Positions 13,101 through 25,939 of a stretch of DNA of 64,000 nt are shown one piece after another. This DNA is from Tubiluchus corallicola (taxonomy: Eukaryota > Animalia > Priapulida): positions 1 through 64,000 of the forward strand of contig JAQGDQ010000622.1 in NCBI GenBank assembly GCA_030141605.1, read 5' to 3'. Each line of letters opens with the position of its first letter. The first letter of the stretch is position 1. Both the position numbers and the translations under genes were made by a program. Under the pieces are notes generated by a model that saw only the letters and a list, made by a program, of their open reading frames with translations, did no database searches and was not told the DNA's origin.

Positions 13101-16100
13101 TGTAGTGTTCTAAAATAATGTTGATAACCTAGTTCAGCATTATTAAAGAAATGTGCACACATAACAGTTTTTAAATAAGATATAGTGTGTGGCTATTGTC
13201 CTTATTATTATAGTTATCAATGGCCTGGAAAATATAATTGCATTGGATGTTGTGCCTAGAATTAATGCACATGACATTTCAATTCTGGTGTGCAGTTTAG
13301 CAACTGGTAGTTAAAGGAAAAATATACTTTACCCTATAGTATCGATGGCTCATTCACATGTTAGTTTTGCTCTACATTTCACTCACCACTGTATTAGTTC
13401 CTCTTTTGATTTGAATTATGCTGTAACGAGTTACACTGCCTACAATCTAATATCTAAATTGAACAAAAAATGTGATTTTCTCAGTTATAGTTAGAATTAT
13501 ATCTCTCACTTGGCATATCAGACTCTTGGGTTAAAATAAAATAGTAAGGACAGCTGTGGATAACAATCGTTATAGCAAATTTTTTTCGAAAGCCGTAAAA
13601 AACAGTTTTTGGCATCACTCCAAAATTTATGTAATGCTAAAAAATGAGTAATGACGTCTGTCACCTCAGAATGTACCTGCAAATTCTTTAACTTCATTAG
13701 ATTTATTGACTGTATAATGCTGTGTGAAATCGTGCTTGGCCAATTCAGTGCTGACGAAAAAATTCCTTGCTCAAGGAGGCAGGGATTTCAAAACTTTGCT
13801 TACAATCCTTATAAGTTCAGTACTGCTACTAGAGCAATGTTCAATGCTGTGTCTTTAGGAATCAATCCAAGTTTCATTGAATGCAAATATTAGAATATAG
13901 AGTATAGAATTAGAATTTTTTAGGGTAACCAATTACAACTTATTATTAAATGTATATGTAAAGTTATTAAATGTATTAATATTTTTGCGGTTGTGAATTT
14001 TAACAGTTATAATAAGCATGAAACATTGCCAGAACTGCAAAAACATTGTATTATTGTGTGAGTTTAACATTTGCTGTTGCAGTTATAAGCACTAAGCAAT
14101 TTTTGCTTTTCTACAGTTTAAAGGCATCCAGTAGAGCTCATCTCAGAAAGATGGAAAAGAAAATCCATCGTCCGTCTCCAAGTACTTCCACGACAACAAA
14201 AATTACCATGCCAACGATGCCCTTAGCAACCAGTGCCACTGCACTTTCAAGGTACCGTTTTAACTATGTAGAGTTGGTTTGCTATACTAATTCTGACGGC
14301 TTTTCACATTATACTGGTAGGGGAGAAAATCAACATAAATTGTTGTTGTTAAAACATTAGCTTGTAACAGTGTCAAATGGCTAAGTGATTTAGTGGTTCA
14401 ATTTATAACTATACAGTAAACAGTTCTTTGCTAAATTGGGTTACCATAAATATTTGTTATAAGAAGAGGGTAAAACTACCAGAATTTTATATTGTAACCA
14501 ATTCTAATTTATGTCAATTTCTCACTTTGTAAATTTTCTGGACAATCTGTATTAAATTGATTTAGCAATTGCCCAGTGCCATGTTATCTCCCAGAAAGTC
14601 CGTATTGAGGATATCCTCAGGTCCTTATAGATAGGTATGTGATACACTTTTGCATCACATAATATGATAAATGTTTACTCATAATGTACATTTTAGCCTG
14701 TACAACTTTATCATTGTATCATGTGCTAATTTTTATAACTAAAATGTAGCTATGCCATGTACTGTTCATAATGTAGTAAACCAATATATATCTGCAAACT
14801 TACTAATGTAACTAATAAAATTGATCATCTTATAATCTTTGTGCATATCATAATGTAAGGTCTACTTAAAAACATGCACACATTTTAATCTCTTGTTTTT
14901 GGTTTTCTTAAGACAAACACTGCAACAATATAGAAAGTAGCTGTACTATCAATGTATCAATTTATAAAGTCAGTGTAACAGATAAATATAAAAAAGAAAT
15001 CTCTGATTGTAGTATCTAAAAATTCGGCGTATTTGTAAATATCAGTGTTTAGTTTTCAATGTTATTTTCCAGGTTGCCGGGGACGACGTTGCTACGAACA
15101 ACAAGACCGACTTGCAGTATCCGAAATCTTGCTGAGGGATTGCTAGATGCAAGAAAACCAGGCTCATCTACTCGATCAACACCTTACCAACATCCAAAGC
15201 CGATAGCTGTACGTTACACTTTGTTTGCCCACATTTGCATTCTTATACACATCACCATTGCTGTTTTAGTATGACACTAACTAAATCTGTATTTAACTCA
15301 TATTTGAGGGACCCATGAAATTGTTGTAAATTAACTGAAACATGGGCTATGTGACTATAGCTGTGTGGAGTGTGTCATACTGGGACCTTAGGCATGACAT
15401 AAATAAATCAACACACGAAAAGGCTTTTGATAGACAAGCAGCAAGTCGGGGAAAAAAGTTCTCAAGCTTGATTAGTAATTGCCATGACTGCTGTTAGTTC
15501 GTCAAATTCTTCTGATGGCATTTCGTTTCTGCTATGCAGTTTAGCAACTAAATGTTAAAGAAATTTCACATGTTAATTTCGCTCTAGGTTTCACTCGCCA
15601 CGGTATTTGTCCCTCTCTTATTTTAATTTCTCCTGTAGTGGGTTACACGGCCTGTAATCTAATTTCTAAATCGAACAAAAGACATACTTTTCTCAGTTGT
15701 AGTTAGAATTGTATCTATCACTTGGAGTATCAGACTATTCATTCAGCAAAATAAAATAGGACTGCTGTGGGTGACATTAATTAGCTTGCTTTATAGTTTT
15801 TATTGTTTGTATTTATACAGACATGCAGGTTTGGTGCCAGACAAATGACCAACGGCTTTGCAGTTTTTGATCGAAAATCGGATCTTCTACGATCAGCATT
15901 CCGATCAGCCATGGATCGTTATGTTCATCCTCCTCCTCTAAAGTATGTACAGCAATGTTTTTCTGTGTTCTTGATATGGTGACAAGCACATATAAAGTAT
16001 GCTTTGTAAATGCTTTTACATGTATTTTATTTGTACAATGTACATGGCTGACTACATTCCTCTCTATGAAGTAATGAGAATTTTGGCCTAAACCAACATT

Positions 16101-19100
16101 TGAACTTTGCGTGCCTAAATGTCAAAATAACCTAATTTGTCATATTTGTTACTATATGCTGCTTCTGTAACAAATTTAAGAAGTTCCACAAAAATACCAA
16201 TATTAGAGGCCTATCGCGATTACAAAACACTGATATTTCTTTGTAAATATGTCAATAAACTGAGCATTCCTTTTATAAGCAATCCTTTATCATTCATTCC
16301 TGATACCACTTTAAGTGATAGATTTAAAGCAAATTACGGTAAACAATAAATTTGGAAATAACTCTATATTAAAACAAACCATACATTTATGGAACTCACT
16401 ACCTAGTGAAATAAAACAAATATAATCTCTCCGCCAGTTTAAACAGAAATAAAATGAATATCAATATAACAGGTTTCAGCTTCCGAATTATACATCTGAT
16501 ACTAATTACACAGACTCAACTTTCATCTACCTTAGCCCCTGATCTACATAAAATGATTAAGAATATTAAAATTTATGTAATGTAATGCGTGTTATATTAG
16601 TTGTGTAATGTCAAATGTATACACAGTGTAAATGTCGTAAAATTTAATGTACTTTTGTAATATTGTTTTGTAAATATGTTTTAAGATCGTGTTTGTAAAT
16701 ATGTCCATATGTTTACAAATGTCATGTCCATATAATGTCCAATTGTAAACAATTGGACATTAGTTTTGCACTATTAGGTTTTTAGGCTGCATTGGACGCA
16801 TTTGCCTTGAACAGTGTTGTTATATTAACATTACGCTGAGGCTTACTTGATTTTATTAATATGAGTGAACCATTTTAATAACTAGTAAAGAATTAATATA
16901 ATATAAAATAATATATATTCATTTTTATCAATTTATGTGTGCCTTATTGGTTATATAGCCATAATTCGGTAAAATGCACCTCCGCTTAACGTAGGTTTAT
17001 TTCCATTTGTAATTTTCTTGAATGCCATGTTTGCATAGTTCCCAAAGGTGAAAATTTCCTGCTTTTCTGTTCTATATTATCCATGAAAGGTGCATTAATA
17101 AGGAACAAGTAGTAGAATTTTCTTGTTGCTGTTGCAGTTAAATACATGCAGTCAGGGATTCTAATGACTTGAGGTGTGTCTTTGCTTCATGATATGACTT
17201 GTGATACTAATTTGGATCATAATGAACTTCTATTTGACTTAGCTTTAAACATGTGGTTAGAAGTTGAGCTTTTGAGTGACCGTATTGCCCTAACTGACTT
17301 CCAGCATCAAGAAAGGGCTCTATTGAAAATGCGTTTTGACTATGAATGGGAATACCTGTTATATTAGAATTGCTTTGTCATTTTTCTGAAACGTCTTAAC
17401 TCCATTTTGCTTGAAAGTAACAAACAGTATTTAGAGCTTTTTTCAAGCTTCTCTTTAACCAGCTGTAATAAGTGAGTCTTAAAGACCAGATGTTTTTGAA
17501 AGGCAACAATTCTCACTAGATTCTTATTTTTTTAGGAAAATGTGCGTGGAGAATCCCGTTCCAACATCCAAAGAAGGAATCATCGCGTCGAACGAACTCC
17601 TCGCAAACTTAATGGACCAAAGCAGTTCCACCGCTCCTAGGACAACACCGAAAATTATTCGGCCAGTAAACTTACCTCGCTCTGTGCCAACTGTGAATAA
17701 AGTAACACCCCCAATACGGGTTACACCCGATGTGAAAGTGAAACCTCCAGAAGCGCCTTCCGCCGTTGGCGGTTTACAAATCGGCACAATAACTATTCCA
17801 CTGTCAGCGGTTTCTGGTCCACTGTCTGGCGTCACCAGCAGTGGTGTTACCACGGCAACAATAAACTTGACTCCATCAACGATAGCCGGCGCTTTCAATA
17901 TAGGCAGTACACAATTACAGAGCGGAACTGTGAATTTAACTATGACATTATTAAATAAAAATGTGCAAATACAAACAACAAGAAATAACCAAACTCAGCA
18001 GCAACAACAGCAAGTGCACACGATTCCCGCGGCGGTAAAAGAGATGCAGCAACCAGTCAAAGACTTGCAATTGACTATCTCTCCTGTAGATCTTGCTGCT
18101 TTACAAGGAAAAGGTTTAGCTGTAACAATGCCGCCAGTAAACAGTGAAAACAGTGGGTACATTCTGACGGAAAATGGACCCCAGTTTGTGACGAGTAATG
18201 TGGCAAATTCGTCGTCTAATGTCTTAGTGTGGAGCAACCCCGCACCTGTGAGCAATCGAGGCGGGGGTGCCAAGCGGGGCCGGACGACGAAATTGCCGAA
18301 GAGAGGTGGCGGTACGGGTAGTATGGCAAGTTCTATGCCGGCACTAGCTGCGTTGATGGAGGCTCCAATCGTTACAGAACCGCCTGCTGCTCAGACAACG
18401 ATTTCAACAACCCGTGCTACAACACCATTCAATGTGGTAAGTTTATATACATAATTCAGTAATACAATGTATGTAGCCCGGATTTATTTTATTGATCTTA
18501 TGGTTTTAACAAGAAAATAAAGTTTACTTTTTCTGTTTATGATGTTAGTATATGCAGCAAATATGTGTTAAAAGAACAGCTTACCATCAAATCCCAGTGC
18601 AGGTTTTGTTGTTTAGATTTGAACTGGTAGACTGTGACACACGTTTCATTCAGAAGTATTCATTAAATTTATTTCTTGAGAACCTGCATGCTTTCGGATA
18701 ATTAAACTAAAATGCTCAAAGTAGTGAAATGAGTAAAATGTGTGATATTTTGCATACTTTACCAGTTTTTTCGAGTAATACGCTTACATTTATGTTATTC
18801 ATTAAATCGCAAGTCAAAAGGTTTGTTGTGCTTTTAGCTGTTTTTTGCCCACAGTTCTATGCATGTCTTTATATAAAAGTTTTAGTTTCTGCAATAATAA
18901 AAATTAATAGAGAGCAAGCTAAGTGGATGTGCAGGTGATTTGGTCATATTATCAACATTAATAAGTTATTCTCTGTTGCAGGGTACCCTAACACACCAGC
19001 TCGGCCAGCAGCCTGTTGTTTCATCCACAGCCGTCTTGAATGGCTTCCAGTCCCAGTCACTTGCTGGCGGTAATATCATTCTTAAGGGTGCCGGAGCCGT

Positions 19101-19888
19101 TAGCGCTCTGCATTCCATGACAAACGCTCGAACTAATGCACCGTCACCGGTACCGACATGTAACCTTGATGCCTCCAACACAGGTACAAGAATGAAATTT
19201 AAGTTGTCACATGTGAATAAAGTCACAGATTTTACAGTAGCCCCACCCCAGATTAACAAGTAATTTAAGAATGGCTTCTACGTGAAAATCAGTTTGTGAG
19301 AGATGTGTTTCTGATAGTGTTGTTAATTATTGTCATAAAAATAATTTTAGATCTAAGTTCTTTTAAACAGTGAAAAATTTCTCTTAATTTTGTAAATACA
19401 TGCTCTTCCAAAGGTGTATTTTAGCACTGTCATGAGGCTTGTGGATGTGGGCATGTCATGTATGTTGTTTTTTTAATTTTGGCTTGTATTGGTTTTTAAT
19501 ATCGAATGTAACTTTTATTTTCCTTGTTACAGCCATCTCCGCCCATAATATGCCAAACATAACATTCACTAAGATGCCCCTGGAGAAGACGTCGCCACGG
19601 CAGCCAGCAGCGCCTCAGCAGAACCAGCAATTGTCTCAGCCTCAATTCATCAATCTCAACTCGACGCTGACGCCGCCTAGCAGCCTGTCTCAAAACTTTC
19701 AAGACTTGTTTTCCAATCAGTTTCTCAATGCTACGCACGTGCAAGCCAAACCACCGCCAGTGTCCAATCCTCCGCCACTAGCCACAATGCATCTCAAAAT
19801 CCCTGTTGTGCCTCATCAAGGCAGAGCTCAGATGCTTCAGGTGGCCAATGACAAGCCAGATGGGACACAAGTTGCTCCTCATGTATGA
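4127..19888 (+). CDS. ATXN7: Ataxin-7 family protein (SAGA deubiquitination-module subunit, Sgf73 homologue), 13 coding exons, about 967 aa
   Basis: Exons 4127-4208, 5981-6052, 6835-6939, 9353-9624, 10253-10568, 12540-12622, 12829-12950, 14117-14251, 15073-15208, 15821-15942, 17536-18436, 18982-19183, 19533-19888 total 2904 nt, with all phases consistent and GT-AG sites. Motifs: [49 protein letters not shown] (Zn finger); DREFDPDKHCGV..PCTRSLTCKTHALSQRRAVPGR..FD.LL.EHR (SCA7 domain); HPKPIATCRFGAR. Confidence 0.93.
4912..5482. mobile_element. Old non-autonomous DNA transposon (hAT-like MITE) in ATXN7 intron 1
   Basis: Terminal inverted repeats TAGGGATGCCACGAATC / GATTCGTGACATCCTTA; subterminal GAATC(C/T) repeats; target-site duplication degenerate. 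Confidence 0.65.
6835..6939 (+). CDS. ATXN7: ATXN7 exon 3, N-terminal C2H2-type zinc finger
   Basis: gcag|AT ATG...CAC ACA G|gtaatg encodes [35 protein letters not shown]. Confidence 0.92.
7955..8696. repeat. 21-bp minisatellite (cttcatacaggagtatcccac)n in ATXN7 intron 3
   Basis: About 35 imperfect tandem copies; explains the overlapping repetitive ORFs at 7906-8750. Confidence 0.95.
10768..11654. mobile_element. pogo/Tc1-mariner-like non-autonomous element, older copy
   Basis: TA|CAGTAGGCACCAC ... TGGCGCCTACTG|TA; interior shares blocks with 60940-61882 (agcttccagaaattcttgggtaac; cttacaaacaaaacggtactta). Confidence 0.8.
12540..12950 (+). CDS. ATXN7: ATXN7 exons 6-7 (12540-12622, 12829-12950), SCA7 domain
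   Basis: DREFDPDKHCGVPWAETGEPCTRSLTCK / THALSQRRAVPGRSMPFDKLLMEHRES. Confidence 0.92.
13291..13560. repeat. Dispersed repeat, copy 1 (copy 2 at ~15535-15770)
   Basis: tgcagtttagcaact...ttcacatgtta...ttctcagtt.tagttagaatt.tatct.tcacttgg..tatcagact...aaaataaaatag is shared by two ATXN7 introns. Confidence 0.75.
15535..15770. repeat. Dispersed repeat, copy 2 (copy 1 at ~13291-13560)
   Basis: Direct-orientation diverged match to 13291-13560. Confidence 0.75.
16140..16900 (+). mobile_element. 3' end remnant of a CR1/L2-like LINE
   Basis: ~16387-16450 encodes LWNSLPSEIKQI*SLRQFKQK, the typical C-terminal WN.LP..IK...SL..FK motif of CR1/L2 ORF2, followed by a T/G-rich tail; ends approximate. Confidence 0.6.
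17536..18436 (+). CDS. ATXN7: ATXN7 exon 11, long P/T/S/Q-rich low-complexity region
   Basis: ORF 17540-18454, bounded by tttag|G and GTG|gtaagt, in phase with the flanking exons. Confidence 0.88.
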
Positions 19889-21993
19889 CAGCAGCTGAAA
19901 GTTTAGGTGATATTAAACTACAAATTTTGGGACAAATTAATTTTTTTTTTGGGAATACTGTGTACTTAACTTTTATAGTTATAAAAATTAATGCATTTTG
20001 TAACGGGTGCTGTCAAACAAATTTTCTGTGCCTGTTTACTATTGGCATGAAAACTGAACTTTTTTCAGTTCATGCTGCACCAAGAAATAATGTGTCTAGA
20101 GTAAGTGTCATTACTAAGAAGTAATGGAACACTGCCTGTCATGAAATATTTAAAGTTACAAGCACATTCTTGAAACTAACCGACTGATGCAGAAAAATAT
20201 GCATTTGTCAATTTTTAAAATATTTGCTCTCTAAATGTTACATTTTAAAAATATTGTTCATCAGTAATGCAGGCTTTACCGATCATTAAGGCAAGTAAGG
20301 TTATGAACTGTGATGCTGCCTATATATTTCCAATCAGAGAATCAAACTCAAGCATTGAGACTAGTTTTAAGCAAATTAGGTGACACTTGCTCCTCAAATC
20401 ATGACGATGCTGACATCTGTATTTATTGTTAACGATACTACTGACAGGGATAATAAGGCACTTTGGTAATTTGCTCTGTACGTTGAATGACAGTTGCTTG
20501 TGATGCAAGATGTGGCAATTATGCTAGAATAAGAGATTTGCAATCGCACATCCACATTTGCTGCATAGCATTGCAACAGCAATAAAAAGAGATTACAATT
20601 CAACTTGTTGCGATGCGATGCGCTGCAACACACTTTTGTAAATACTGAATGTGTGAAGAATTTATGCAGCTGTGCATATAAAACCAAACAAACGTGATGA
20701 TGATAATAAATGTATAAAGCAGATATTATTTATTTTTGTTTTGTCCTGCAACGGTTGTGCTATGTGTAGTACTCGTTGCTGAGCAGTGCTGCTGACAGTT
20801 GTCACAGCAACACATAATTTGCATACATTGTAAAGTTATTGGCAACAATTTATTATTAATGACTATATTTTTGATTGTTTTTGTTTGTGAATGAAATTGT
20901 TGTTATTGCAATTTATTTATAATTGTCATGTCGTAAAAGACATATCTTATTGTTTACTTATTCAAGAACTTGTGCTATGTTTACTTAAATCACTGGTAGA
21001 TATAGCTTTTACAATTAGCAAACTGAACTAAGTGAATTTGACCAGTAGTATTGCATAATAGCAAAAAAAGGTTGTGTCCGTTGTAAAACAATTTCTCAAC
21101 TTTTAGTGTCCGAGTAATGCAACAGATCAGAAAGTTAAAGGTCATTGCATATAAATTTTGCTCAGATGCAGTTTGACCCTCAACTTTGAACCTCGTGGTG
21201 CAACATGTCTGAAAATATCATAGACGTTATTACTGATGCCCACTGCCTCAACTATCGATTTTTAAAACCTTTTGAAAGCATCTTATTAGTCTGGGTATAG
21301 CAGTAGATTAAGAAGTCATCTATCGTTGTTACATACAGGCACAGTTTTTACTTTCAAGCAGTTCTGCACAATTTGATAATAGATGTTGACGTAAGTATAA
21401 CTAAGTTGTGCACTTTAGAGTATTAGAAATATGACAAAGACAAAAAAGTAAACAAGTAATAGTAATACTAGTGCATTGGTAGGTTTACCATTACGCTTAA
21501 GTCTAGGAACCCTGGAAAGGTTAACAACAAAATGATGTTTTACATTTGGAATAAAAGCTCCGTAATTGATTATTATTCATATAAACTTGTGATATCTTAT
21601 AACGCAACGAATGATACGGCGGGGGCAAAAATCAGAAGAGCTTTAATAAAATTCAACCTAACCAGACTCTACCGGAGGTACTTAAGCCGCCACTGCACCG
21701 TTTTTGTGAATTTCTCACGAGCTCTTGCATCAGAATTATAAAACTTCCCATCTTTCTTCTGAAATCTGAATCTCTTGGGTTTGGAAACTTTTAGCCATTT
21801 TACAAAATATTTCTTACTATATCCTTGATATTATATTAAGTTTACTTGTTATTGTCGTTGTTGTGATCGATCAATCAATTTGTCTATAATAATTATTTGA
21901 AGTATTATCGATTATTAGTACTCTTTCTTCTGTCTGCTGTTATGTGCTGTATATAATGGATGATGCGAATGTTTTGTACAGTCTTTATACTCA

Positions 21994-22150
21994 AATAAAG
22001 CAAAGTTTTTGTATGTTTCAAACACATATAGTGTTTAAGCTGTAATTTATTAAGTCAGAAAAGTCGTAATCACTTAAAATGAGTGTGTTTTAACATCACA
22101 TATTTTCAGAACTATCAAATAACTTAATTTGCATTTAAACAACCTTTATT
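21994..22150. terminator. Candidate convergent polyadenylation signals
   Basis: AATAAA on + at 21994-21999 and on - at 22145-22150; plus-strand composition switches from T/G-rich to A/C-rich across this point. Confidence 0.4.
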
Positions 22151-22920
22151 TATCCAGTCTGAGCATTTTATAAAAAAAAGCTGTAACAATGTCAGTCTTC
22201 ATTTTTACAACACAGTACTTGATATTAATGCACAGCAAGATTATTAGTATCACCGGTATTAATAATTTGGTGTCAACTGGCCATAAAGTAATATTAATGT
22301 CTTATTGATGATGCTACCATCTTAGCAACGACATCAAATTAATACGTAATATCGCAATAAATCATAGTTGTCACTATAACTAATGCATATGTTTACTGCA
22401 TAGATGTACACTTCAATTCCAAGTATTAAGTAATATAAAGGTATATGAAATAACAACAAAAATGTGTTACCAGCAACAACTTAAACAATAGCAGGATCAA
22501 ATGAAAAATCATTAACATTAGCACATGACAGTTAGCAACAAAAAATGTAATTAATTCAAGTAATGCTGTGTAGAAAGTAAATAAAGAAAAAATAATAAAT
22601 ACCATAATAATGAAATGCAGATATTTTAAATGTACAGTAATAATAACTATAACAATGACAGCACATTAGACTGTTACAAAACTAGTTTTAGGTAACAAAG
22701 CCTCGCTAGGATAGCTTTGCTGTATAACATTCTAAATAGTTGCAAGTGTGATGTGTTAACAATTGTCTAAAGTGTCAAACTACCTAGAGCTGGCTCTGTT
22801 TGTAACAAATGCTCTAGGATGTTTTAAATGTTTAGTACTCTGCTAAGTAAAATGCCAGTAATTTAAAGTTGTACTTAATACATGTCCATCTATTTTTTAT
22901 TATAGTTTTACACAATCTGC

Positions 22921-23028
22921 TACAACAACGAACTCGATTTGTACATTCTAAACACACAGCCCTTGCTACATAACCCGCTACAACTGCTCACCCGATTTGT
23001 ACATTTTAAACACACAACCCTTGCTGCT
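22921..23028. repeat. Two-copy ~58-bp tandem duplication
   Basis: tacaac...cgatttgtacatt(c/t)taaacacaca(g/a)cccttgct occurs twice. Confidence 0.8.
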
Positions 23029-23186
23029 TGTCCACAGATGTACTACGTGATGTTACGTAATGCATGATGCAAATGACAAACAAAAATTAAATAACCTGTT
23101 AAAATTAAAATAAGTGAATTACAGCTAAAACCGAACCAGGCTTGGAGACTAAGACCAATAAATAGCATGGTAAAAATCTACCTCGA

Positions 23187-25939
23187 GACTGAAGCAGAAC
23201 AAAAGAGAAACAGGTCTAATCTATGCAGTGCACTTCAAGACTGAAGCAGAACAAAAGAGAAACAGGTCTAACTGATGCAGCGCATTTCAAGACTGAAGCA
23301 GAACAAAAGAGAAACAGGTCTAATCTATGCAGTGCATTTCAAGACTGAAAGCAGAACAAAAGAGAGACAGGTCTAATCTATGCAGTGCACTTCAAGACTG
23401 AGGCAGAACAAAAGAGAAACAGGTCTAATTTATGCAGTGCACTTCAAGACTGAAACAGAACAAAAGAGAAACAGGTCTAATTTATGCAGTGCACTTCAAG
23501 ACTGAAACAGAACAAAAGAGAAACAGGTCTAATTTATGCGGTGCACTTCAAGACTGAAACAGAACAAAAGAGAAACAGGTCTAATTTATGCAGTGCATTT
23601 CAAGACTGAAGCAGAACAAAAGAGAAACAGGTCTAATTTATGCAGTGCACTTCAAGACTGAGGCAAAACAAAAGAGAAACAGGTCTAATTTATGCAGTGC
23701 ACTTCAAGACTGAAGCAGAACAAAAGAGAAACAGGTCTAATCTATGCAGTGCACTTCAAGACTGAAACAGAACAAAAGAGAAACAGGTCTAATTTATGCA
23801 GTGCACTTCAAGACTGAGGCAGAACAAAAGAGAAACAGGTCTAATCTATGCAGTGCACTTCAAGACTGAAACAGAACAAAAGAGAGACAGGTCTAATCTA
23901 TGCAGTGCACTTCAAGACTGAGGCAGAACAAAAGAGAAACAGGTCTAATCAATGCAGTGCACTTCAAGACTGAAACAGAACAAAAGAGAAACAGGTCTAA
24001 TTTATGCAGTGCACTTCAAGACTGAAACAGAACAAAAGAGAAACAGGTCTAATTTATGCAGTGCACTTCAAGACTGAAGCAGAACAAAAGAGAGACAGGT
24101 CTAATCTATGCAGTGCACTTCAAGACTGAGGCAGAACAAAAGAGAAACAGGTCTAATTTATGCAGTGCATTTTAAGACTGAAGCAGAACAAAAGAGAAAC
24201 AGGTCTAATTTATGCAGTGCACTTCAAGACTGAAACAGAACAAAAGAGAAACAGGTCTAATTTATGCAGTGCACTTCAAGACTGAAGCAGAACAAAAGAG
24301 AAACAGGTCTAATTTATGCAGTGCACTTCAAGACTGAAACAGAACAAAAGAGAAACAGGTCTAATTTATGCAGTGCACTTCAAGACTGAAGCAGAACAAA
24401 AGAGAAACAGGTCTAATTTATGCAGTGAACTTCAAGACTGAGGCAGAACAAAAGAGAAACAGGTCTAATTTATGCAGTGCACTTCAAGACTGAGGCAGAA
24501 CAAAAGAGAAACAGGTCTAATTTATGCAGTGCACTTCAAGACTGAGGCAGAACAAAAGAGAAACAGGTCTAATTTATGCAGTGCACTTCAAGACTGAGGC
24601 AGAACAAAAGAGAAACAGGTCTAATTTATGCAGTGCACTTCAAGACTGAGGCACAACAAAAGAGAAACAGGTCTAATTTATGCAGTGCACTTCAAGACTG
24701 AAACAGAACAAAAGAGAAACAGCTCTAATGTATGCAGTGCACTTCAAGACTGAAGAAGAACAAAAGAGAAACGGGTCTAATCTATGCGGTGCACTTCAAG
24801 ACTGAAACAGAACAAAAGAGAAACAGGTCTAATTTATGCAGTGCACTTCAAGACTGAAGCAGAACAAAAGAGAGACAGGTCTAATCTATGCAGTGCACTT
24901 CAAGACTGAGGCAGAACAAAAGAGAAACAGGTCTAATTTATGCAGTGCATTTCAAGACTGAAGCAGAACAAAAGAGAAACAGGTCTAATTTATGCAGTGC
25001 ACTTCAAGACTGAAACAGAACAAAAGAGAAACAGGTCTAATTTATGCAGTGCACTTCAAGACTGAAGCAGAACAAAAGAGAAACAGGTCTAATTTATGCA
25101 GTGCACTTCAAGACTGAAACAGAACAAAAGAGAAACAGGTCTAATTTATGCAGTGCACTTCAAGACTGAAGCAGAACAAAAGAGAAACAGGTCTAATTTA
25201 TGCAGTGAACTTCAAGACTGAGGCAGAACAAAAGAGAAACAGGTCTAATTTATGCAGTGCACTTCAAGACTGAGGCAGAACAAAAGAGAAACAGGTCTAA
25301 TTTATGCAGTGCACTTCAAGACTGAGGCAGAACAAAAGAGAAACAGGTCTAATTTATGCAGTGCACTTCAAGACTGAGGCAGAACAAAAGAGAAACAGGT
25401 CTAATTTATGCAGTGCACTTCAAGACTGAGGCAGAACAAAAGAGAAACAGGTCTAATTTATGCGGTGCACTTCAAGACTGAAACAGAAAGAGAAACAGCT
25501 CTAATGTATGCAGTGCACTTCAAGACTGAAGAAGAACAAAAGAGAAACGGGTCTAATCTATGCGGTGCACTTCAAGACTGAAACAGAACAAAAGAGAAAC
25601 AGGTCTAATGTATGCAGTGCACTTCAAGACTGAAGAAGAACAAAAGAGAAACAGCTCTAATCTATGCGGTGCACTTCAAGACTGAAGAAGAACAAAAGAG
25701 AAACGGGTCTAATCTATGCGGTGCACTTCAAGACTGAAACAGAACAAAAGAGAAACGGGTCTAATCTATGCAGTGCACTTCAAGACTGAAGAAGAACAAA
25801 AGAGAAACAGCTCTAATCTATGCGGTGCACTTCAAGACTGAAGAAGAACAAAAGAGAAACGGGTCTAATCTATGCGGTGCACTTCAAGACTGAAACAGAA
25901 CAAAAGAGAAACAGGTCTAATGTATGCAGTGCACTTCAA
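23187..25939. repeat. 52-bp minisatellite, about 53 copies, with a 780-bp higher-order duplication
   Basis: Unit gactgaagcagaacaaaagagaaacaggtctaatttatgcagtgcacttcaa; the rare variant gtgaac recurs at ~24425 and ~25205 (15 units apart). Confidence 0.97.

Noticed and set aside
17524-18273. Minus-strand ORFs of 124 and 92 aa
   Set aside because: Antisense shadows of ATXN7 exon 11
23187-25939. Regular array superficially like a CRISPR
   Set aside because: Head-to-tail near-identical units with no unique spacers, no cas genes, and a eukaryotic context
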